Assembly (NCBI GenBank): GCA_963714275.1 | Contig: CAVQNT010000003.1 | Coordinates: 32,001 to 96,000 of the forward strand | Reading direction: 5' to 3' | Length of the DNA stretch: 64,000 nt | Origin: Candidatus Bathyarchaeota archaeon | GTDB lineage: Archaea; Thermoproteota; Bathyarchaeia; Bathyarchaeales; DTEX01 | Part shown: positions 35,264-45,873 of the stretch, one piece after another | How positions within the stretch are numbered: position 1 is the first letter of the stretch | Layout of the letters: every line of letters starts with the position of its first letter | Made by a program: the position numbers and the translations under genes | Notes under the pieces: generated by a model | What the model was told of the DNA's origin: nothing | What the model saw: the letters and a program-made list of their open reading frames with translations, nothing else | Databases searched by the model: none

Positions 35264-36241
35264 TCAGCCAGCCAGCTTTAGTTTTTTAACTGCTTTTTTC
35301 GCCCAGTTTGAATCATTAAAAAGTGCTCTGCCTACTGCTACCAAATCCACCTTTCCTTCCTTTATGATTTTATCTGCATATTCTGGTTCAGTGATTCCTC
35401 CAACGCCGATAATTGGAATCTTAACGACTTTTTTTATTTTATGGGCAATGGGGATAAAATAGCCCTGTCCAGTTTGAAGAGATTCTGGACTTGATCCACA
35501 GAAACCTCCTGAAACATGAATTACGTCGACACCAGCCTCTTCCATTTTAACAACAAATTTCTTAGAATCCTTAATATCGACACCAGCTGGGTCAAGGTCA
35601 ACTGCGCCCAGACGGTAAGACAGAATTTTCCCACTAAGTTTTTCTCTAACTCTTTCAACAACCTCTAAAGGAAAACGCATACGATTTTCCAAAGAGCCGC
35701 CGTAATTGTCAGTGCGTCTGTTCACAAGTGGCGAGAAAAACTGGTTCAGCAGATAACCGTGGGCACCGTGCAACTCAACTCCGTCGAAATCCGCTTTCAC
35801 AGCCCTCTCAGTAGCTAAAGCGAAGGCTTCAGTCACAGCCTCGATTTCTTTAACTTCCAGTTGCCTAGAACCCCCAAAAGGTGAAGGAGCAACTGGCTGC
35901 GTTCCAGTTATTTCAGCATTTGCCGATTTCCCAGCATGGTTAATCTGTATAATAACAGATGTACCTTTTTTGTGGATGCTGTGTGCAAGTTCCTTCAACC
36001 CAGAAACTAAGTTATCGCCGTATATGCCCAGCCGGTTTTGGCTGACCCTTCCTTCAATTGTTACGTAACTATGTTCAACAATTACTAAACCCAACGCTTC
36101 TGACCTTTGAACATAATGTTCAATCAACGAGTCGGTTACAGCTCCATTATTAGTAGCAAGGCCAGTATGCATGGGAGGCATTACAAATCGGTTTCTAAGC
36201 GTCAACCCTCGTATATTCAAAGGGTCAAGAATGCCAACCAA
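35264..36241 (-). CDS. NADH:flavin oxidoreductase (old yellow enzyme family)
   Basis: NRFVMPPM, HGAHGYLLNQFFSP, RTDNYGGS and DLVAVGRA motifs. Confidence 0.92.
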   Translation of the reverse strand: MVGILDPLNIRGLTLRNRFVMPPMHTGLATNNGAVTDSLIEHYVQRSEALGLVIVEHSYVTIEGRVSQNRLGIYGDNLVSGLKELAHSIHKKGTSVIIQINHAGKSANAEITGTQPVAPSPFGGSRQLEVKEIEAVTEAFALATERAVKADFDGVELHGAHGYLLNQFFSPLVNRRTDNYGGSLENRMRFPLEVVERVREKLSGKILSYRLGAVDLDPAGVDIKDSKKFVVKMEEAGVDVIHVSGGFCGSSPESLQTGQGYFIPIAHKIKKVVKIPIIGVGGITEPEYADKIIKEGKVDLVAVGRALFNDSNWAKKAVKKLKLAG

Positions 36242-36394
36242 TTTTAATCTCCTTCATTTTTCATTGAATTAAGATCGTTATAAACATTCAGTTCACACCA
36301 TTACAAAATGGAGCTTTCTGTAGAAAGCCATGACCAAATTGTGGAAGTAGATGATAGAAAAACATGAATTCTCAGTTGAAAGCATTAAAGTGCA

Positions 36395-38174
36395 TTAGAG
36401 ATTAATGGTTTTCAATAGATTTCCTGTCACAAGCTCTTCATTATTAGGTGTCTTCACGAAAGCAGGGACGTTCCTTTGTTTTGTTGCCTTATATGATACG
36501 AAGAGCCATTCTCCGATGTCTAGCTCGGTTGTTTTGTCAAGCAGGTCGTAGCTTAGACTGAAAGCGTCTGCAATGACCATTCTGTCATAGAACCGTGGAA
36601 GCACACTGACAAAGTAGCTATGCAATTGCTGTAGGGCGTTCACGTTGAGGTGGGCTACACGCTGACTGCATATCCAGCAGTTCGCACGGTACTTTCTCCC
36701 CTGACGCAAAAGTGCCTCAACAGCTGTGTTTGATTGTTCTGTGAAATCCTCTCTTCTTGTTCTGTCAGGGATGAACTCTTGAGCCTCATCTAGGACTGTC
36801 AGCACCGTTCTTCCAACACCTCTTGTTTTCTTCAGCCACAATAAGCGATTTATGAAGCGGCTAACGACCTGTCGGGCAATGTCAGGTTCTGGAGTGTAAA
36901 CAATGCTTATGCCTGAAAAGTCTTCAGTTGCAACTTTGGCAGCTAGCCATTCAGCATTTCTGATAACCCCTTTTCCCTGCTTTTCCTTGGTGGGGGCTTC
37001 TCCATCTAAGACCTTGATTATGGCTTGAATGTCTTTTACAGTGCCAGACATATGATGAATAGAAGATTCGAACTCTTGCAGTATTGCTTTGAGCTCTTCT
37101 TTTGCTATATTATCCTTGGTAATATCTTCTAATAGGGTTTCGTCGCTGTATCCTCTTTCCAAGGTGAAGGCGTTCAGATTGTCAAGTGCTATTGTTGCTT
37201 GAATTACTTCTTTCTCTTTCCCTCGTGCTATTCCACCGACGAGTTCCAGTATGAGCCCCATAGTGAGAGGGATTGATTCTAGCGGGTAAGAAAGTGACAG
37301 CCTCTGAACCTTTCCGTCATCAACCAATTTCTTAATCGCCTGGGCAATAAGGTGCTTGTCGAGCTTCATTTCAAGTGTTTCCGGAATGGCTTGCGAATCC
37401 ATGATTCTATCAATGTCTTTACCAAAGTCTTCTGTCGAGAACAATTTTGGAGCAAGATCCAAGAGGTGTATAAGGTATTCTCCAGCAACATCGAAAACTA
37501 CAACAGATAGATTAGGTATACTTGCCAACGATTTCCTTAGAAGAATAGAGCTTAGATTTGACTTTCCGCAGCCGGTGAAGCCAAATATTCCAGTGTGGTA
37601 ACGAACCATCTCAGACATTTTTACCGTAAGTGGGAGATCAAAACCGATAAGTGTTCCAACTTCTACCCCGCCTGCTATGCACAGAAAATCATTAACAATC
37701 TGTCTAGAAAGAATATTAGCTTCGCTTCCTACTAACGGCGTTAAATTTGACCTTTCAAAAGCAAGCCTATCATCATGAATGTTCATTCTATAATTTGTGG
37801 GGACAGCAACCACATCAATCCATGTTTCCTCACTAGCCTTCCAGCTGCTGTCAATAGTTTCCAAGAACTCCTTCCGAATCACCTTTGGCACAGAAATGTC
37901 CATGCCAAGCATTTGATAATGCATCGGACGGACACCCACAACCTCATAAATAATAAAAGTCTCGCCACCACCTGTTGGCCTTTTAAAAGTCTATAAAATT
38001 TGGCTCATGCAGTTTGTCCAAGACTTCAAGACTGAACTTTGCTTCAGCCACAGCAACCTGGCTTGTTACAGTTACCTCACCCTCCCTCATCCTGGAGGTT
38101 CTAGTCGATATCCTGTGGGCTCTCAAACGTGCAGAAAACCCGCCGTTCATTTCATCAAACACTTCATACAACAC
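36395..38174 (-). CDS. herA: HerA/FtsK-like ATPase with an N-terminal HAS-barrel-like region; frameshift near 37985
   Basis: Walker A GFTGCGKS, Walker B VLDEAQ and R-x-GRKY...SQR motifs; ORFs 37983..38174 and 36395..37939 join; coupled to nurA. Confidence 0.85.
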
Positions 38175-39976
38175 TATATCTCCATTAACGCTGCTTTTTC
38201 ACGCGCTCCCTCAGTCTCTCTCCTAATATCCCTAAATCTACGGGCTATAGTGAATATCTTTTGCTTCCTAGAGAGACTTCCTAACTCAAGATCAGCTACG
38301 CCTCTAAGCATACCCTTCATCATCTTCACCTCATTTTTGACAGCTTTGTCAGCTAAGTACAACAACTGGTTATGACCTATTGCTTCGATAACTTCGGGAT
38401 TGTCACACTTCGAAAGAAGACAGAGAATAAAGGTGTCAAGGGGATTCTCTTTCTTGCCTTCCCAAAAGGGATGAATCAAAGCTTTTCTTCCCCTTTCAAA
38501 AACTTCAATGTCCGCACCATAAGCATTGTCGATTTTAGGCACATAAAACCTGTCATAAAGAAACGTGGGAGATCGGACTTCAAAATCTGACTTGAACTCT
38601 CTGAGCTGAAAATAGCCCTTGACAAACTGTCTCTCCATAGAAACTACTTGTCTAGCAGCTCTCATCGGAACATCTCCTTCCCCTTCAATAAGAGTCGTGA
38701 AACAAGAATCATAGCTAAGTGTGCGCCAAGGAACCCTGAAAAGGCCAGGATTAGTACTACTGAGTATGGTTAAAAATGCGCGGTCATGCCTAAGATTAGG
38801 AAGCTTCTCCTCTTTGGGTATCAAGCCCTCAATTCTGGCATAGGGAATGGCTGCACGTATGTAATCTGAGGCAGAGGTGTCCTTAGCTATCCCGACAACA
38901 AGAACATTACTGGTCAGAGCCTTCTCCCTAAGCATTTGAATTAACATGACATTAACAGCGTTCATGTCAAGAACGGTTAACCAAGATTCGCCTTTCCCCA
39001 ACATCAACGGATGCTCAGAAGAATTGAAGACTGTCTCCACAACTTGTGTAGTAGTGTCCTTAACTCTTAACCAATAGTCTTTCACGTGACCCTTGAGTCT
39101 AATAACGGGATTCTCACGTTCTAAGTCGATGTCTTCAGCAAGAAGCCCATTATCCGAAGACTTATGCATCTTAACAAGCCTTTTAAGAAGCCTTTTGCCA
39201 GCCTTATCAGAAATCCCCAATCTTACCGACAATTCCTGTGCTGAGAGCTCACCAACCTGCAACAATTTTTGAACAGCAACAAAAGGAAGATACTGGCTCC
39301 TATCTGACACCCAATTCATTCCAGAACCAAGAACAGACGCTAAACTTAAGTCAAGAAGTGTAAGGGGACCATGAACAGTCTCTTTTCCGAAAAGAACCGA
39401 TCTCCTAATCCTCAGAAGCAGCCGAAGGTCTCTGGCTAAAGGTCCATGTGTACCATACAATGGCCTATCGAGAAATAGAAGCCGAACTCTGTCATCCTCA
39501 ATGGCCTTCAACGCTAGAGACAGCTCTGCCATCGTCATCAAGGCAAACGGTATACGTTCAGCAGACCTCGCTAAATCCTGCTCAGTAGAACCTTGCTCAT
39601 CAGTAACAAAGAAAAGGTCCTCAGTCCACAAAGGAACCGAAGCTGAAGCCGCAAGCCTCTCATCTCTGGAGACATTGTCTAGACTGAAATGAATCTCCTT
39701 GCCCACAGAAAAATCGCAGCGGAAACCAGAGGCACAGACATAAAAAAGAAGCATTTCGAGAAGTTCATCAAACTCCATGGAACCGTCGATGCCAACCGCC
39801 ACATAATTGCCTGGCTCCAAGAAAGCAGCCTGAACATCAGAGGACTTAGGACACCTAATACAGGGACTCAGCCTTTCCCTGTTCCTTAGCTCTTGTATCC
39901 TGCTGGTAAGTAAATCAGCCAACTCTGAAGTCTGCTTCCTAAGTCTCTCCGCAAGAAGAACCATTTTAGACCCCAA
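38174..39976 (-). CDS. nurA: NurA-family nuclease, long form with an inserted wHTH
   Basis: GIDGS, FLDRPL and VGIAKD motifs and a GHNQLLYLADK C-terminal motif; inserted LSAQELSVRLGIS HTH. Confidence 0.8.
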   Translation of the reverse strand: MGSKMVLLAERLRKQTSELADLLTSRIQELRNRERLSPCIRCPKSSDVQAAFLEPGNYVAVGIDGSMEFDELLEMLLFYVCASGFRCDFSVGKEIHFSLDNVSRDERLAASASVPLWTEDLFFVTDEQGSTEQDLARSAERIPFALMTMAELSLALKAIEDDRVRLLFLDRPLYGTHGPLARDLRLLLRIRRSVLFGKETVHGPLTLLDLSLASVLGSGMNWVSDRSQYLPFVAVQKLLQVGELSAQELSVRLGISDKAGKRLLKRLVKMHKSSDNGLLAEDIDLERENPVIRLKGHVKDYWLRVKDTTTQVVETVFNSSEHPLMLGKGESWLTVLDMNAVNVMLIQMLREKALTSNVLVVGIAKDTSASDYIRAAIPYARIEGLIPKEEKLPNLRHDRAFLTILSSTNPGLFRVPWRTLSYDSCFTTLIEGEGDVPMRAARQVVSMERQFVKGYFQLREFKSDFEVRSPTFLYDRFYVPKIDNAYGADIEVFERGRKALIHPFWEGKKENPLDTFILCLLSKCDNPEVIEAIGHNQLLYLADKAVKNEVKMMKGMLRGVADLELGSLSRKQKIFTIARRFRDIRRETEGAREKAALMEI

Positions 39977-40269
39977 ACAGTATCAATTGTTCCAAAATTT
40001 ATCTTTTTTCTAAAGTGGCTAAACTCTTATCTTTCAATGACGCTCCAAACAACATTAATCTTGTTAGGGTAATGGTTGACATCCAAATTTTTTCCCCAGC
40101 CTTTGTGAATGTGAACGGAAAGCGCTAGGTCTTCCCTGTATGGTTATTGCACACAGGTTGAGGATCTCGTGAAGATAGCTGCTAATAAAATAAAATTCCA
40201 ACATGTTCATAAAGTTGACAGAGTAAATACTTAACCAAAAAGTTACAGTAACTCTAGAAGAAGTATCAT

Positions 40270-42931
40270 ATGAATAAAAATGGTGAATGGAAGACAATTC
40301 AGGGCGATCATTGCAGAACTGGACGCGTAGAGATGCCGGGTAATATTAAAAGCCCAAAGATTGTCTGGAACCTAGATACATCTGCCAACGAAATATACTT
40401 CCTTGTCAATGCGGACAAAATGGGCTGGCAGAGCCACACCATCAAACTGACTGATGTACCAAAATGGAACAGTGAGATGGAAGAGCATTGGGGTTTACGA
40501 ACTACAAAAGTGGATGTAAGCGGGGACGGAATGTTACATGATATCTTTGAAACGCCTCCGCTCGAAGTGTGGGGAAAATTTTTGCCGGAGGTGCCAGGCT
40601 ACCAGAAGATACGTTTCACGAATACCTGGACTGGTCCTGGACAAGCCAACTTGCAGCTACTTTCATATGAGAATGGTATCGATAAGCCCAGAATAGTGTG
40701 GGACATAAAGTTCGAACCCAAAGCGGAAGCTCCAATGTTAATTGTTGTTGATGTAGACGGAGACGGCCGGTTGGAGATCGCTGTGTCCCACTGGTACGGC
40801 GTAACCGTCTACGACCTGTATACTGGGGCAATGAAGTATCAAAAATTTTATCGTGGAAGCGATTTCGGCCGTCAGTATGGCCATTTCAGTGCAGTCATGT
40901 TTCCAGACGGCAGGGTGGCTCTTCTAGTAGTTGGCGATTTTTCGCCACATATTAGTGTGCTGATGGTTCGGGATGGTAAACTTGAAGTGCTCTGGTACCT
41001 CACATTCGAGAATGACCGCAATCAAGGTATCGATCGGCGGGTGACTATCAACCGTGTGGGTCCCGACCCTGCCGACGACTATGACGGCGACGGCCAAGTT
41101 GAGGTCATGATGAACTTCTTCAACGGCGCGGGTGATGACCGCTGGCACCTCATCGGATATGACGCCCTAACCGGTCGGGTGAAATATGATATTGGGGATT
41201 TTTACTTGGATGGCACCGTTGATGTTGACGGTGATGGTCGAAAAGAATGGGTTGGACGCCGTTATGGTGGTCGAGCTCTTAATACCTATGCACCTTTGCT
41301 CATTCTAAAACCTACTAATGGAAGTAAGACATGTGAAATCTGGAGTTTCCCGCGGGGCCACTGGTCGCTACGCCGGATTCTGCCAAGGCTGACAGTCCAA
41401 ACCTTTCAGTCAATAGGCACAAGGGTGCTCGAACTGGTGTCACACGGAAATGAGCAAGGAACGGGAGCCATCCTTTTCTTTACTGAACCGGTAAGCGACA
41501 CAAATATTGAGAAGCTTTCAGCCTTGAAATTTGAAATTGGCAAGCCGATTATTTTATGGGCTGTTGAAGGTTCATCCTATGGCAGATTGAATGCTCTCTC
41601 AGTCCGCGACGAAGGTGTGCTCGTTCGGCTTGAGCAACCTCATAGTCGTTTCGCAGAGATGCGTGCTGAAAATGCCAGCCTTGAAGCCATAGGCTTGGGA
41701 TGCTTGGTTTACTTTGCACCGCAGCCACTGGTTCTCAAAGATGGTAATAAAGCCCATATCATTGTGGCCACATCAGCCTGGCAGATTTGCTGTTTCCAGT
41801 CTCAAGGTCAGCGGGAGCCTAAGATGCTCTGGGCTTACCCGGGGAGACCGATGTCGACCAGTCGGTCCTCTCGTGATTCATGGTTTGGTCTGGAAGCTGG
41901 CGACATAGACGGTGATGGCGTCTCTGAGGTTCTTTACGTGACTGAGAATCCTGGGGGTGGAGCTCGCGTCTTTGCTAGGGATTTGGATGGCACGATTCGT
42001 TGGCAGTATGATTTTCCAGGGTTTTGTGGTTATGTTGCCGAATGGGGTGACTGCATGACGACCTTTTGGACTGCTGGTCGTTTCATCAGGGCTGATCGTT
42101 TTGACGTTTTTGTCAGCAACCGCCGTTCGACTATGCATAGTGATGAGTCTGTGGTAATCGATACACAGAAGAACAGCATAGTTTGGCAAAAGGATACGCT
42201 TGAAGTACGCGAACCATGGACGAGTGCATATCAACACACACGTGGGTATGGGGGCTCACTACCAGCACTTGCCGATTTTGACAATGATTGCCTAGATGAC
42301 ATTGTGCTCACATATCCTTGTGAACTCTCGATCGTGAAGGGTAAAGATGGTAGTCGAGCTCTTCGTTGAAAACATGGGTCCCGTGGCAGGTACACACTCG
42401 ATCGACCGACCGGATCAATCAGGCTTCTGGCTAATAGGCGGAAAAATACTCGTTGCAGATCTTGATGACGACGGAGTGAAGGAAACTTTGGTGACGCATC
42501 CCGGAATGCTTATAGTTTTTAAGCACAATGATCAGCGTAGCTGGATAGTTTGGCGAACCGAGCCTGGAGATGGTATTACCATTCTGCCTGCCATAGCGGA
42601 CACTGATGGTGATGGCGTTTTTGAACTTGGCCTGCCAGGGTGCCGCGATGGCTTTCGATGTGTTGACCCTAAGACAGGCAGAGTTCTCTGGAATATGGTG
42701 GGAAGCGCCTCTTCCAACTGTGTGGCATGCGATATTGATAGTGACGGACGAGAGGAATTTCTCTATGCTGATGGCGAATTACTCAGAGCGGTCAGAAACG
42801 GAAATGTTGTATGGGAGGCAAAATTACCAGCCAACATTACACAACTGGCTATCGCAGATGTAGACGGTGATGGCACCTCAGAAATTCTAACTGGCGCTGA
42901 AGATGGAAAAATGTATTGCATAGATGGATAG
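40270..42931 (+). CDS. FG-GAP/VCBS repeat beta-propeller protein; frameshift near 42350
   Basis: About ten D-x-D-G-D-G-x-x-E calcium-blade motifs. Confidence 0.8.
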
Positions 42932-43108
42932 ATGATGGTTCGTGGAAAATATTCAATTTGCTTATTATAATGGTAATGTTTACTCTTTTGTTTCTGACAT
43001 AAATGCATAAAATTATCTGGGATAAATGAGTTCGAAGTTTTCACAGATCACCAAAAGGTCTTCTTTCATCACGAATCCCAGTTTCTGACCTACTCGGGTC
43101 CAATACTT

Positions 43109-43237
43109 TCAGTGTTCTCTCCTCCAAGATTCAAGGACGGGCTGACGTTGATTTTTCTGACATATTTCTTTGATCAGACACCTTTCGCACCATCTCTTTG
43201 AACACAACTTAGATCCTATTGACCATGAGAGTAGTAA
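43109..43237 (-). pseudogene. C-terminal stub of an endonuclease III/HhH-GPD-type Fe-S cluster protein
   Basis: Reads LSWSIGSKLCSKRWCERCLIKEICQK..., a W-x-I-G-x3-C-x4-C-x2-C-x5-C cluster loop; no upstream coding region. Confidence 0.65.
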
Positions 43238-43579
43238 TTTAAGTGTTCAAAAATCTGAACTGCAGTTCAAAAAAAATGCTAGGAACTCCTGAATATGTAT
43301 GTGGGAGAGCGAGAGTAAGAACGTAAACAAATTTCAGAGAGAGAAAAAGATTAAAAATTAATTCCCAAACTTAAACTAACTATCTACCAAGGGCGCGTAT
43401 TAAATAATATGAAAGTAATAAAAAACAAGGGACCTTAAATCATGTGCGTTTCTTTTTCTGTTTTGATGAGGTATAAATAAAGAAATTTATGAAAACAAGT
43501 CTAAGGAACAATTCTATCTAATGGCTTTTGGGTCAATGAAACAAATATTTTATTTAGTGATTAAAGGAAATATGTTTTC

Positions 43580-44509
43580 ATGAAGTATGGACTGTTGATT
43601 AGAAGATATTCTTATCGAGAGATACTTGACCAAGCTCTTCTTGCAGAAAAATATGGTTTTGATTCGGTGCACATTGATGACCACTTTTACAGTTTTGAAC
43701 CGGATAGTAAACAACCCTATTTTGATGCGCTTGTTGTGATGTCAGCCATTGCAGTGGAAACTTCGCGTGTAAAGTTGGGATATAGTGTGCTATGTAACTC
43801 ATACAGAAATCCCGCGTTACTAGCCAAAATGATAACTTCGATAGACCACATATCTCAAGGTCGTGCTCTTTTATGGATTGGAGCAGGATGGCGCCAAGAA
43901 GAATACAAAGCCTACGGCTATCCTTTTCCCACTGCTAAAGAACGTGTTGACCAATACGAAGAAGCAATAACAATTTTTAAGAAACTCTTTACCGAAGAAG
44001 TTACGAATTTTGAAGGGAAATTTTGGAGATTAGAGAAATGCATAAATTTCCCTAAACCCGTCCAGAAGCCCTATCCTCAAATTATTGTTGGTTCTCAAGG
44101 TAATCGAATGCAGACTATTGCGTGCCGAGAGGCTGATGGGATAAACATGTTTGAAAAAGAAGAAGAAGCTCTCAAAGAAAGTGTAAGATTCATCAACAAG
44201 AAATTGAAGAAATTTGGTAGAGATCCATCAAAGTTTGAAATCTCATTACAAAACTCTGTTACTCTGGTTAAAAACGAAGACGAAAAAGACAAAATAGTCG
44301 ATGAAATCCTCAAACAGACTAAAGACGAAAAATTAACAAAGGAAAAAATATTGGAAAACCGACTCATTGGAACTACGGATGAAGTAAGGGGAAGAATGCG
44401 AACCTTAGAGCAAATAGGAGTGAAAAAACTAGTGACACATGTTAGGGGAAGCCCGTCAATCAAAGACCCTCTAAAACTTTTTTACAAAGAAATAATGACT
44501 AATCATTAA
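43580..44509 (+). CDS. LLM-class flavin/F420-dependent oxidoreductase
   Basis: DDHF, YRNPALLAKM..SIDHIS.GR, GAGW..EY and PKPVQKP motifs. Confidence 0.9.
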   Translation: MKYGLLIRRYSYREILDQALLAEKYGFDSVHIDDHFYSFEPDSKQPYFDALVVMSAIAVETSRVKLGYSVLCNSYRNPALLAKMITSIDHISQGRALLWIGAGWRQEEYKAYGYPFPTAKERVDQYEEAITIFKKLFTEEVTNFEGKFWRLEKCINFPKPVQKPYPQIIVGSQGNRMQTIACREADGINMFEKEEEALKESVRFINKKLKKFGRDPSKFEISLQNSVTLVKNEDEKDKIVDEILKQTKDEKLTKEKILENRLIGTTDEVRGRMRTLEQIGVKKLVTHVRGSPSIKDPLKLFYKEIMTNH

Positions 44510-44694
44510 ACAAAGTTAAAACAAATTTTTAAAAGCTCAGCTAGTCATCCATCTCAGACACTCAGTTAGTCACTGATATTTCTACGTAAAGAATATTTTT
44601 GGGTTTGGGGATTAAATTTTAATGCATACACACATTTTACGATTGAATATTTAAGCGAAGAAGAAAAAGACGAGTTAAAGTCTATAACGGCTTA

Positions 44695-44874
44695 ATGTAC
44701 CATTACGAAGTTTCACCCTTACTTGATCCTGAAACGATACAGCCAATAATTTTCTCAAAAAAGGAAATTCGCGGAATTGTAAACGAATATTTCAACCTTA
44801 TGAAAAAGTATCATCAGCCAGTTTTCGAGGTCCCATTTTACTTTCTGAAACATCAACAATTGTGTCTAATGTGA
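44695..44874 (+). other. 59-aa ORF just inside the left TIR, possibly a truncated transposase N-terminus
   Basis: MYHYEVSPLLDPETIQPIIFSKKEIRGIVNEYFNLMKKYHQPVFEVPFYFLKHQQLCLM*; supported by position only, no motif recognised. Confidence 0.3.
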
Positions 44875-44878
44875 GTTA

Positions 44879-45766
44879 TTAGGGTTTCAGTCCCGCCAAT
44901 ATCGCCTGAAAAATGTATTTCGCAGTAGGTCGGTTTTGATAGAGCACCCTCTTCACAAGTCCCACTTGGAGGAATTTCTTCCTAAGCACTGGGCTTGCTC
45001 GCATTAGTTTAAGCAGAACTTTCGTAATTTTGAAGAGATTTTTCCAACCTCCCACATTTTTAATCTTTTCATGAAAATTCGGTTCAGAAAATTGTTCAGC
45101 TACATGAACGTGCTCAAACCCCGCTTGTGTCAACCATTCGACATAGTCAGTAATCAAGGGAATGTGAAATTTATATCCCAATACGGCGGAATATATTTGT
45201 TCTGCTGCTAGAATTTTTGCATCCGCTCTAGCATTTACCTTCGGATCTTTCATGAGTTCCGCCAATGCAATTTGTCCACCAGATTTTAATGCCGAAAAAA
45301 AACCCTCAAATGCACTCTGTTGCAGGAAAAACGCCATAAATTCAGTAATAACCACATCAAAAGTATTGGGTGGAAAGGATAATGCATGTGCATCCCCTAT
45401 TTGGAAATGTAATTTTTCATGGGCTGGCGACTTTGATGCAAGGGTATTGGCAGTGCGTATCGATTCTGGCGATATGTCAATTCCATACACCATTGCTCCT
45501 GTAGTCTCTGCCAAGTGCACGGAAGTACCACCCGCCCCACACCCAACTATTAATACCGTACTGGAATCTGTAATTCGGGCTAATTTGGCGATGAGTTCAA
45601 TCGGTTTATTCCCTTGAGAGTTAAATGATAGCAGCCCCAATTTACTGATTATTTCATACCAAGAAAGACCTTCAAGGTTCTTTGACGTGGCTGCCAAAAA
45701 TTTATCGATCTCTAACATGCCCAATACCTCAATATCGTGGAAAATGATAACAATGTATTGAAACAT
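44879..45766 (-). CDS. Class I SAM-dependent methyltransferase
   Basis: VLIVGCGAGG, GIDIS, GDAHALSF..NTFDVV and LKSGG motifs; the true start may be MLEIDK (45718). Confidence 0.9.
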   Translation of the reverse strand: MFQYIVIIFHDIEVLGMLEIDKFLAATSKNLEGLSWYEIISKLGLLSFNSQGNKPIELIAKLARITDSSTVLIVGCGAGGTSVHLAETTGAMVYGIDISPESIRTANTLASKSPAHEKLHFQIGDAHALSFPPNTFDVVITEFMAFFLQQSAFEGFFSALKSGGQIALAELMKDPKVNARADAKILAAEQIYSAVLGYKFHIPLITDYVEWLTQAGFEHVHVAEQFSEPNFHEKIKNVGGWKNLFKITKVLLKLMRASPVLRKKFLQVGLVKRVLYQNRPTAKYIFQAILAGLKP

Positions 45767-45873
45767 TGATTTTTCCCTTAATAATGGTCACTACCTCCCT
45801 TTCAATTTCTAGCTATCAACATGCATTACAATCGACATTCAATCGTAAAATGTGTGTGTGCATTAAATTTTAA

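Larger units (their letters stand above)
44624..45861. mobile_element. Non-autonomous TIR element carrying a methyltransferase passenger gene
   Basis: 25-bp TIRs (GCATACACACATTTTACGATTGAAT at 44624..44648; 24/25 inverted match at 45837..45861) flanked by the direct repeat ATTAAATTTTAAT (44611..44623 and 45862..45874). Confidence 0.8.
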
